This document shows positions 25,101 through 32,983 of a DNA stretch of 47,252 nt, one piece after another (the first letter of the stretch is position 1; every line of letters begins with the position of its first letter). The DNA lies in NCBI GenBank assembly GCA_036480195.1, contig JAZGGE010000302.1:1-47252 (forward strand), given 5' to 3'. Origin of the DNA: Methylococcales bacterium. GTDB taxonomy: Bacteria > Pseudomonadota > Gammaproteobacteria > Methylococcales > JAZGGE01. Made by a program: the position numbers and the translations under genes. The notes below the pieces were generated by a model. The model made no database searches. It was not told the origin of the DNA and saw only the letters and a list, made by a program, of their open reading frames with translations.

Positions 25101-28100
25101 ATTTAGATTTCCATAATGCACTGGTGATCGATGATAGTGATGATCCCACGATTTATTGCTCTTTCGATCCAGAGTCACAAGTTTATCATGTTCATAGTCA
25201 TTCAAAAGTATCCGCAAGCCCATGGAGGCTACATGCCTCAGGTCGGTTATGCCGAACGCTTTCAGGGTCGCCTCCTCCGGTAAATTTAGAGGAGCTAAAA
25301 GCTTCATTGTCGGAATATATATCCAGTGATATGCACTACCAACGGATGAATGCTCGGGGTTTGGATTACGGTCCATATTTTCAAGGGGTACGTGAATTAT
25401 GGCTTAATTCTGATCGATCCAACGTCTTGGCGAAGATCGAAGGGCATAAAGATTTGGTGAGAAGCAAGGATCAGTATTTGCTGCATCCTACCTTGTTGGA
25501 CGCTTGCTTCCAGACATTATTGACGACCCTGGATGAAGGTGACGAAAATATTTACGTACCTGTCCATATTGATCGTGTTCATTTTTATTCGAGTCCGGAA
25601 AAAACATTTTGGTGTCTGGGGAGTATTAAGCGATGTCAAACCGGAATGATCGAAGGTGATCTGACTTTGTGCGACACCAATGGCACCGTATTGGTCGATA
25701 TTCGAGGTGTTCGTGCAAAGGCACTGACGAATAATACGGATGTTCTTGTAAATGCTCACCAGTGGACCTACCAATTCGATTGGAAACAGGCAGAGTTACC
25801 CGACACCTTTGAAAAACCGGAACGGGTTCTTCTATTTAAGGACGAAGGAGAAACAGGGAGACAATTGGTCGATCAGTTTAATGGTCGGGGTGCTCAGGAA
25901 ATTGTTACGGTAAAAGCAGCAGAAGCTTTCTGCTGTGACTCTTCGACGCACTATGGAATTCGTCCTGGACATAAGGAGGATATGCAGCAGCTGATAGCAA
26001 ATTGCAACGGATCGGGTTTCAGCCATATTGTTTATCTGTGGCCTCTTAACGCAAAATCGCAACAGCGCCCAATAACGGATTCGACTGATCTTGTTACTTG
26101 CCTGTATTTGATTCAGGCTTTGACCCAATTTCAAGGTAATAATCCGCCTCGTTTGGTTGTTGTAACCCAAGGAGCACAAGCAATTAGTGCCACTGAGTCC
26201 ATTGCTTCATTAGATCAAACGCCATTGTACGGATTGATCAGGGTAGCAATGAACGAGAATCCGGAGCTATCGTATCGCTTGGTCGATCTAGGCCCGGAGC
26301 TAACCGCCAGTCTATCACAACAGCTAGTTGACGAATGTCTGGCTGACGGTGGAGATGAGGAGGTCGTCTTACGTGATTCTGGGCGTTTTGTTCACCGATT
26401 TAATCGGATGGCGCTTAGCGATCCAAACGCCGAGATTGACGAAGACCAGCCCACTGCAGTCTCAATTAACCGACCTTATCGATTGGAAATCGACGAATCT
26501 CGAGATATTGGTAGTCTTCGATTCAGAGAAAACGTTCGTTCAAAGCCACAATCGGAAGAAGTCGAGATCGAGGTTCATGCGGCCATGCTCGATACGATCG
26601 ATGTTCTAGCAAGCCAACACGATATTATTACTGGTACTGGCACCGAGATTATTTTGGTCGGCCGAATTTGCAGAATTGGAGATTCTGTTGGTTCTTTGAA
26701 GGTCGGTGACTCAGTGGTCAGTATGACGGATAATCTAATCGGTTCCTTTATTACCAAGCGCTTTGAAACCGTGTTTTCATTCCCGGCACTGAAGAACTTT
26801 GATTTTGAAGCGTGTGCGACGATTCCTCTGGATTTTGTAACCGCTTTTCATGGTCTTTTCCAAACCGCCCGGATCAAGCGTAGAGAACGCATCGTGATTC
26901 ACGATGCGGCGAGTGCAACGGGCTTGGCGGCGATTCAAGTAGCGCGTTGGCAAGGCGCAGATATTTATGCAACTGTTAACAACGAGAATCAAAAAGATTA
27001 TCTTCTCGCGTTAGGCATTAAACACGTATGGTTGTCGGATCCGATTTTATCTTTTGACAGTATATCAAAGCTCACGTTGGGCAAGGGCGTGGATGTTGTC
27101 TTTAATAGTGGATCAGTGGAGCTGGCCAGAAAAAGCATTGCTTTATTGGCTCCGTTTGGACGGATTATAGTGACTGATAAAAACGAATCGGTTTTACCGA
27201 GCTTCGAGATGGGGAATGTCAGCTCGAATATACAAATCATCAACATTGACATCGCCGGTATGATTATTGAGCAGCCGAATTTATTCAAGAACTTGCTTAA
27301 TCAGGTTTGTAATCATATTAACGCTTCTGACTTTACCCCCCTACCGTATACGTCGTTCACCTCACGTCAAGTCATTAAGGCGTTTCAATACCTCCAGGAT
27401 GACGAATCACCAACCAAGGTGGTTCTCAACCTACGTAGTATCCCAGCAATATCGATTTACCGAAAAATTGAGAAAACACCACTATTTTCCGAGAATGCCA
27501 GCTATCTAATCACCGGTGGGTTTGGAGGGTTTGGGCTATCAACGGCGGCTTGGATGGTCGAAAATGGTGCCCGAAATTTAGTCTTGGTGGGCCGGAGAGG
27601 GGCCGCCACCGATGAGGCAAAACAAGCTGTGCAGTCGATCGAGTCGAAAGGTTGCAAAGTTCTTTCGTTAGCAGTCGATATCTCTGAAGAAGCCCAAGTC
27701 GTCAAATTGTTCGCGAGTATTGCCAAAAGCTTACCGCCTCTGAGGGGTGTCATGCATACGGCCGCAGTACTTGATGATGGACCCCTTAATTATTTAACAA
27801 AAGATCAATTCGATCGCGTGATGGGCCCTAAAGCGCTAGGTGCTTGGAATTTGCATCAACATTTATCCGATTCAACGCTGGATTTTTTCTTTCTATTTTC
27901 CTCAATCGCGTCGCAAGTGGGAAGTCCTGGTCAAGCCACTTATGTTGCGGCCAATACGTTCCTCGATGCTTTGGCACAATTGCGAAACGCGCAAGGATTG
28001 ACGGCAACGAGCATCCAGTGGGGTGCGCTGGGTGATGTTGGTATGGCTGCTCGTCATGAAGAGGTCAAACAATACTTCGCCCGGGTTGGCATTAATTCTC

Positions 28101-28720
28101 TATCGCCTAAACAGGCAGTGAGTATGTTGGGTAGGTTACTGCCAAAATTGCCCGAGCAGATTGCAATAGCCGATATGAATTGGGAGAAATGGGGAGAATT
28201 CAATCCGGTTTGGGCCGGATCCCCTCGATTCTCTCACCTTGTTTCTGAACATGCTGATCTGGAGCCAGCGGTTTCTACAAATAAATATATTCAGCAAATA
28301 TTAGCAGCAACAGCAGACGCTAAACCGAAAGTTGTGACGGATCTAATCGCCGAGGAAGTTGCTCGGATATTACGTTTACCCATTGATAAAGTTGAGATCG
28401 ATCAGTCGCTCGCCAACATGGGGGTCGACTCTCTACTGGCAATGGAATTGCAGACGGCGATAAAGCAGAATTTCGGAGTCAACATATCAACCTTAGAGCT
28501 AATGAAGGGCAACACACTAGCTCAAATTGGTACGCAAATTCAAGAGAAGATACCGATTTCAATAGGTTCGTCAAAATCAACTGCGGATGCGTTGTTGCTC
28601 CCGGAAGAGACAGAAGTAGAAAACAAAGCTATCCAGCCGGATGATGTCGATGCACTATCAGACGACGAAGTAACGACTTTATTAAACGCTTTATTATCGA
28701 AAGAGGAGGTTCCTCAATGA
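22163..28720 (+). CDS. Type I polyketide synthase, single fully reducing module KS-AT-DH-ER-KR-ACP (MAS-like architecture), no loading domain
   Basis: Approximate domain spans are by my residue count.
- KS (~22223-23500): DTAC194SSS, EAH329GTGT, NIGH369LE.
- AT (~23825-24742): GHS647VGE, VEVPYHS.
- DH (~24905-25732): LDDH946YVDELRVLPGAAY, YGPYF, LLD1113ACFQ.
- ER (~26471-27433): EVEIEVHAAMLDTIDV, VIHDAASATGLAAIQVA.
- KR (~27497-28042): ITGGFGGFGL, LDD motif, Y1927VAAN.
- ACP (~28310-28537): GVDS2090LLAMEL. Confidence 0.93.
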   Translation: MESSKSPNEMASSKKHFSDEPIAITGMGCRFPGGAESPEAFWNLISQGKDGIVDVPRDRWDVDRYYDPDPNKLGKMYVKSGGFLDQRIDQFDALFFGVSPREAACMDPQQRVLLEVAWEAMENAGINPERLRGSETGVFIGGFMLDNNLTQMNVLNRDMIGPHSALGSTMTILSNRLSYVFDFRGPSVSMDTACSSSLVALHYGCQGLLNGDCSVALVGGVNIMHRPENPIAMCKGQFLSPDGRCKSFDSRADGYGRGEGAGIVILKTRSAAIRDGDEIHAIIRGTGVNQDGHSDGITVPNPESQQELMRKVFSEAKVDPRQICYMEAHGTGTPVGDPLEAGSLGAVLGKDRGSENPCAVGSVKANIGHLEAASGIAGVIKLVLSLQHKQIPPLANLKMPNPNIPFEELGLRLPMSLESMPSGSEPALVAINSFGYGGTNAHAILQENTIEKTEISESQELTDADPYLLPLSAKSESAMKELASRYLEKIDAVDSPSLRDLCYSSSVHRGHYDYRLGVIANTMDEVRDQLKDFVDGIDNGSPSLAKALPESTNKPVFVFTGMGPQWWAMGRELLDIYPVFRSEVERCDKIFTNLAGWSILQAMLADKELSNIADTVVAQPANFVLQVGLIALWRSFGVEPAAVIGHSVGEVASAYIAGVLSLEDAIKVSYHRSRVQKKAAGLGGMLAVGLTKKEADKILEDYYGKVSIAAINSQSALTLAGDQPSLSKIAEALEVDGVFNRLLKVEVPYHSPLMEPLKDEIRSSLSGLETREPSIPLYSTVTGRLIETASYDADYWCQNIREPVFFSDTINTMIEAGYRLFVEVGPHPVLSTSIKECLMGRGSQGVVLTSLHCEKQEQSTLMQALANLYAAGYSPDWKRLYPDGGNFISLPNYPWQRESYWNETEKALLDRIGLERVSFLGDSVRSPNPCWENTLNTSTLPFLDDHYVDELRVLPGAAYVEAGLMIHENTINDSVPVLENLDFHNALVIDDSDDPTIYCSFDPESQVYHVHSHSKVSASPWRLHASGRLCRTLSGSPPPVNLEELKASLSEYISSDMHYQRMNARGLDYGPYFQGVRELWLNSDRSNVLAKIEGHKDLVRSKDQYLLHPTLLDACFQTLLTTLDEGDENIYVPVHIDRVHFYSSPEKTFWCLGSIKRCQTGMIEGDLTLCDTNGTVLVDIRGVRAKALTNNTDVLVNAHQWTYQFDWKQAELPDTFEKPERVLLFKDEGETGRQLVDQFNGRGAQEIVTVKAAEAFCCDSSTHYGIRPGHKEDMQQLIANCNGSGFSHIVYLWPLNAKSQQRPITDSTDLVTCLYLIQALTQFQGNNPPRLVVVTQGAQAISATESIASLDQTPLYGLIRVAMNENPELSYRLVDLGPELTASLSQQLVDECLADGGDEEVVLRDSGRFVHRFNRMALSDPNAEIDEDQPTAVSINRPYRLEIDESRDIGSLRFRENVRSKPQSEEVEIEVHAAMLDTIDVLASQHDIITGTGTEIILVGRICRIGDSVGSLKVGDSVVSMTDNLIGSFITKRFETVFSFPALKNFDFEACATIPLDFVTAFHGLFQTARIKRRERIVIHDAASATGLAAIQVARWQGADIYATVNNENQKDYLLALGIKHVWLSDPILSFDSISKLTLGKGVDVVFNSGSVELARKSIALLAPFGRIIVTDKNESVLPSFEMGNVSSNIQIINIDIAGMIIEQPNLFKNLLNQVCNHINASDFTPLPYTSFTSRQVIKAFQYLQDDESPTKVVLNLRSIPAISIYRKIEKTPLFSENASYLITGGFGGFGLSTAAWMVENGARNLVLVGRRGAATDEAKQAVQSIESKGCKVLSLAVDISEEAQVVKLFASIAKSLPPLRGVMHTAAVLDDGPLNYLTKDQFDRVMGPKALGAWNLHQHLSDSTLDFFFLFSSIASQVGSPGQATYVAANTFLDALAQLRNAQGLTATSIQWGALGDVGMAARHEEVKQYFARVGINSLSPKQAVSMLGRLLPKLPEQIAIADMNWEKWGEFNPVWAGSPRFSHLVSEHADLEPAVSTNKYIQQILAATADAKPKVVTDLIAEEVARILRLPIDKVEIDQSLANMGVDSLLAMELQTAIKQNFGVNISTLELMKGNTLAQIGTQIQEKIPISIGSSKSTADALLLPEETEVENKAIQPDDVDALSDDEVTTLLNALLSKEEVPQ

Positions 28721-31700
28721 ACAATATGCACGCGCATTCAGCTGATTTGTCGAGTGAGGAGAAACGCCGCTTGCTGGCTTCACTGCTTGATAAAAACGCG
28801 AGGGTTGGCTCAACGGGAAAAGAGAACTTGTCCTTATCTTCAGGCCAAAAAGCCCTATGGTTCTTGCATCAGAGCGCCCCATATAGCTCCGCCTATCATA
28901 TCGCATTTGCGTTACGTATTCGCTCTAACTTTAGGGTTGATGCGTTGCAAAGTGCTTTTCAGGCACTTGTTGATCGACATCCAATGCTACGTTCGAAATA
29001 TGCAGTGGAAAACGGTGAACCGATACAACGAGTCTACGAACAAGAGGAAGTGTGCATCGAACGGATCGATGCGTCAGGTTTAACCGAGACTGACTTAAAG
29101 TCGAAAGTAACGGAATCCTATGAGCGACCTTTCGATCTAGAAAGTGATCGGTTGATTCGAATGACTTTGTTGAGTCGAGAGCAAGACGATCATATTCTTC
29201 TACTCACGGTTCATCATATTGCTTTCGATGGTTGGTCGTTGTGGCTTTATCAAGATGAATTGAAAAAGCTATATTGCGCGGAGCTTGCGGGGATACCGGC
29301 CAAGTTGCCCGAAGTAAGTGTTTCTTACTCCGATTTTATTCTTTGGCAACAGGGCTTTCTGGCGGGTGAAGATGGTGAAAAGCAATGGGAATATTGGCGA
29401 AACCAACTCGCTGATGTTGAACCCGTTTTGAATTTACCGTTGGATAAATTACGCCCTGCCACTCAGTCTTATGCGGGCGCGTCGATTCCATTTGAACTGG
29501 AATCGACGTTGGCTAAAAGGTTAACAACAGTGGCTCAAGCACAAGGTGTGACGCCGTTTACACTCTATCTTAGTGCTTTTCAGGTTTTGTTATCTCGCTA
29601 TACTCGGCAACAAGAGATTCTAGTTGCTTCTCCGACAACGGGTCGAACCGAAAGCCAATTTTCACAGGTTGTTGGCTATTTCGTTAATACAGTGGTCTTA
29701 AGGGGGGATCTATCAAATAATCCAACCTTTTCGGAATTTTTGCAGCGTACTCGGGATACCGTTTTGGAAGCGTTGGAGCACCAAGATTTCCCCTTTTCGG
29801 TACTGGTTGAACGTTTGCAACCACAGCGAGATCCAAGTTATTCACCCTTGGTGCAAACCTCTTTCGTTTTACAGAAGCCACAACAGTCTTCGGCCAATCA
29901 CTTAGTACAAGGGAAAAACAGTACCCCTCAAACCTGGGGTGATATGGAGGTAACGGTCTATAACATTAATCAGCAAGAAGGGCAATTTGACCTTGAGTTG
30001 GAAATGCTGGATAGAGGCGATGGGTTGAAGTCAGTCATTAAATACAACACCGATTTATTTCATAAGGAAACTATTGAGCGGATGACGGGTCACTTCAGTT
30101 CACTATTAGTGGGCATTGCAAGTAATCCGCAGCAACGCATAACAGATATCCCACTATTAACCCTCGACGAAACGGAAGAATTACTGATCCGATGGAACAA
30201 CACCGATTACCACTATTCGGATAATGCTTGTCTGCAAACCTTGGTGGAGCGTCAGGCTAAAAAAACCCCAGACAATACAGCCGTTGTTTCTGAAGATAAC
30301 ACGCTGAGCTACCGCGATCTTAATTCAGACGCAAATCAACTGGCTCATTATTTAAAAAACAAAGGTATTGGCCCTGATGTGGTGGTCGGAATCTTTGCAC
30401 AACGCTCGATCGAAATGGTGGTCGGTTTACTAGCCATCTTAAAAGCGGGTGGTGCGTATCTTCCATTGGATCCCGAGTTGCCGGATGACCGGATTGCCTT
30501 TATGTTGCAAGATGCCAAAGTTAATGTTGTGCTGACTCAAGAGGACTTGGCCGGGGATCTTGCGGTATATAACATCGATATCGTCTGTTTGAACGCGGAT
30601 TGGATTGAAATTTCAAAGTGTAATTCTGAGAACCCGAGCATCGAAACAACACTGGATGATTTGGCCTATGTCTTGTACACCTCGGGATCAACCGGTCAGC
30701 CTAAAGGTGCCATGAATACTCATCGAGGTATCAGTAATCGGCTGTTATGGATGCAACAAGTCTACCGACTCATGGAAACGGATCGTGTGTTGCAGAAGAC
30801 GCCTTATAGTTTTGACGTCTCGGTTTGGGAATTCTTTTGGCCTTTACTAACGGGTGCGCAACTGGTGATGGCCAGACCGGGAGGACACAAGGATTGCCGA
30901 TATCTCATCGAAACCGTTATTGATCAAGGTATTACGACGATACATTTTGTGCCTCCCATGCTGCAGCTATTTGTCGAGGAGAATGATGTTGAAAACTGTA
31001 GATGTCTGAAACGAGTGATCTGTAGCGGCGAAGCCTTACCGATCGAATTGCAGACACGATTCTTTTCGAAACTGTCAGCTGAGCTGCACAATCTCTACGG
31101 CCCAACGGAAGCCGCGATCGATGTTACCTTTTGGGAGTGCGATTCCCACACTTCGTTAGACTTTATTCCCATTGGCCGACCGATTGCCAATACTCAGATT
31201 TATCTCCTTGATGATGGACTCAATCCAGTCCCCATTGGTATTCCAGGCGAGCTTCATATTGGTGGTGAAGGTTTGGCAAGAGGTTATTTAAATCGTGATG
31301 AATTGACGGCAGAAAAATTTATCACCAATCCCTTCGATAATAGTGGCCAGTCAAGGTTATACAAAACCGGGGATCTGGCGCGATTCATGAGCGATGGGAA
31401 TATCGAATTTTTGGGTCGTATTGATAACCAGGTAAAAATTCGAGGTTTTCGTATCGAACTCGGAGAAATCGAAACACTACTATCGCAGTTTTCCGGTATT
31501 CAAGAAACCGTAGTATTGGCGAGGGACAGCGGTCGGGCCGAAAAATGCTTGGTGGCGTATGTCGTGTGCGAGCGTGACCAGACGCCGACACCATCAATAC
31601 TACGGGAATATCTTGGAAAAAGCGTACCAGACTATATGATTCCCAGCGCATTTGTTTTTCTCGAAGCCATGCCGCTAACGCATAACGGTAAAATTAATCG

Positions 31701-32940
31701 GCGTGAGCTGCCTGAACCGGATAATGCTAGAGGTCGTACTGAACAGATCTACGTTCCTCCTCGGGATGAGCTGGAACAAAAGTTGACGGAATTGTGGGAG
31801 AAGGTATTGAATAAGCGTCCACTCGGCGTGATGGATAACTTTTTCGAATTTGGTGGTCACTCTCTACTCGCGGTTCGGCTGACTGCCGACATTGAAAAGG
31901 AGTTTAATAAAACCGTACCGCTATCCTTGTTTTTCCAGTATCCAACGATTGCATCCTTCAGTCGATGGTTGCGGGAAAACAAAATAGCGCTGCCGTGGTC
32001 ACCCTTGGTACCAATTCAAAGTTCTGGCAATTTGCCACCTTTGTTTTGTGTGCCCGGTGGTGGTGGAAATGTTCTTTACTTTTACGAACTGGCGCGCTGT
32101 TTGGGGCCCAATCAGCCTTTTTATGGTCTTCAAGCACGAGGTTTAGATGGAATAGATGAGCCTTTTTCAACAGTGGAGGCGATGGCTGCCCATCATATTG
32201 AGGCAATACGCTCGGTACAAGCCTACGGTCCCTATTCTCTTGGCGGACATTGTTTCGGAAGTATGGTGGCTTTCGAGATAGCTCAACAGCTGCAGCGGCA
32301 GGGTCAGGAAGTTTCTTTGGTGGTGATATTGGATGCTCCAGCACCGATCGATGCGAATGCTCATCCTTCCATAGAGTGGGATGACATCGACTGGATTTGC
32401 CATTTTGGAAACGTCATCGAACAGGCGACCGAGCAACAATTCGAGCTGGTACGTCAGGTGTTACAAGATCTTTCTCCTGATCAACGTTTGGGCCGTCTGA
32501 AAGATTGTTTGCAACGTGCAGGGTTCTTGCCGGAGCACGTTGATGATCGTCATGTTAAAGGGCTTTTAGAGGTATTTAAGACGAATGGCAGAATTCAGTA
32601 TTCACCCGTAGATATTTTTCCGACCCCACTGGTTTTGCTTAGAGCCAGCGAATTTCATGCAGATTACAATTTCGATGGTCGCGAGGAGGGAACGATTCCC
32701 GTGTCAGCGCTTGGCTGGAATACGCTGACTTCGGCATCAGTCGAAATCCGAAATGTGCCGGGTAATCATATTACGATGATGTCCTCGTCGAATGCAGAAG
32801 CGCTCGCGAATGTACTATCAGACTGTCTGGAAAATAGTCGCAGAGAAAAGTCGGTGGATTCGAATTTATCGCAACCTCTTGTGTCACCAATGCCCTTGAG
32901 TGCTGGTTCAACTCACGTAAAGTTGACGAACGTTAGGTGA
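28717..32940 (+). CDS. Non-ribosomal peptide synthetase, single module C-A-PCP-TE (Ser-type A-domain code; TE with Cys nucleophile)
   Basis: The start overlaps the PKS stop as ATGA, with GAGGAGG 7 nt upstream.
- C (~28834-30126): HHIAFDGWS.
- A (~30214-31716): LAYVLYTSGSTGQPKG, FDVSVWEFF, NLYGPTEA, GELHIGGEGLARGY, YKTGDLAR, GRIDNQVKIRGFRIELGEIE, NGKINR.
- PCP (~31759-31971): FFEFGGHSLLAV.
- TE (~32014-32811): PLFCVPGGGGNV, GGHC1179FGS, ILDAP, GNHITMM. Confidence 0.93.
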   Translation: MNNMHAHSADLSSEEKRRLLASLLDKNARVGSTGKENLSLSSGQKALWFLHQSAPYSSAYHIAFALRIRSNFRVDALQSAFQALVDRHPMLRSKYAVENGEPIQRVYEQEEVCIERIDASGLTETDLKSKVTESYERPFDLESDRLIRMTLLSREQDDHILLLTVHHIAFDGWSLWLYQDELKKLYCAELAGIPAKLPEVSVSYSDFILWQQGFLAGEDGEKQWEYWRNQLADVEPVLNLPLDKLRPATQSYAGASIPFELESTLAKRLTTVAQAQGVTPFTLYLSAFQVLLSRYTRQQEILVASPTTGRTESQFSQVVGYFVNTVVLRGDLSNNPTFSEFLQRTRDTVLEALEHQDFPFSVLVERLQPQRDPSYSPLVQTSFVLQKPQQSSANHLVQGKNSTPQTWGDMEVTVYNINQQEGQFDLELEMLDRGDGLKSVIKYNTDLFHKETIERMTGHFSSLLVGIASNPQQRITDIPLLTLDETEELLIRWNNTDYHYSDNACLQTLVERQAKKTPDNTAVVSEDNTLSYRDLNSDANQLAHYLKNKGIGPDVVVGIFAQRSIEMVVGLLAILKAGGAYLPLDPELPDDRIAFMLQDAKVNVVLTQEDLAGDLAVYNIDIVCLNADWIEISKCNSENPSIETTLDDLAYVLYTSGSTGQPKGAMNTHRGISNRLLWMQQVYRLMETDRVLQKTPYSFDVSVWEFFWPLLTGAQLVMARPGGHKDCRYLIETVIDQGITTIHFVPPMLQLFVEENDVENCRCLKRVICSGEALPIELQTRFFSKLSAELHNLYGPTEAAIDVTFWECDSHTSLDFIPIGRPIANTQIYLLDDGLNPVPIGIPGELHIGGEGLARGYLNRDELTAEKFITNPFDNSGQSRLYKTGDLARFMSDGNIEFLGRIDNQVKIRGFRIELGEIETLLSQFSGIQETVVLARDSGRAEKCLVAYVVCERDQTPTPSILREYLGKSVPDYMIPSAFVFLEAMPLTHNGKINRRELPEPDNARGRTEQIYVPPRDELEQKLTELWEKVLNKRPLGVMDNFFEFGGHSLLAVRLTADIEKEFNKTVPLSLFFQYPTIASFSRWLRENKIALPWSPLVPIQSSGNLPPLFCVPGGGGNVLYFYELARCLGPNQPFYGLQARGLDGIDEPFSTVEAMAAHHIEAIRSVQAYGPYSLGGHCFGSMVAFEIAQQLQRQGQEVSLVVILDAPAPIDANAHPSIEWDDIDWICHFGNVIEQATEQQFELVRQVLQDLSPDQRLGRLKDCLQRAGFLPEHVDDRHVKGLLEVFKTNGRIQYSPVDIFPTPLVLLRASEFHADYNFDGREEGTIPVSALGWNTLTSASVEIRNVPGNHITMMSSSNAEALANVLSDCLENSRREKSVDSNLSQPLVSPMPLSAGSTHVKLTNVR

Positions 32941-32983
32941 GATCACGTCATTTGTTTTGGAAATTTAGACTGGGGAATTAATT

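Noticed and set aside
28717-32940. Reading the EntF-like Ser module as part of a catecholate siderophore pathway
   Set aside because: There are no entABCE/DHB genes, no aryl carrier protein, no TonB-dependent receptor and no esterase nearby. The upstream partner is a reducing PKS, and the downstream genes are lipid-type exporters.
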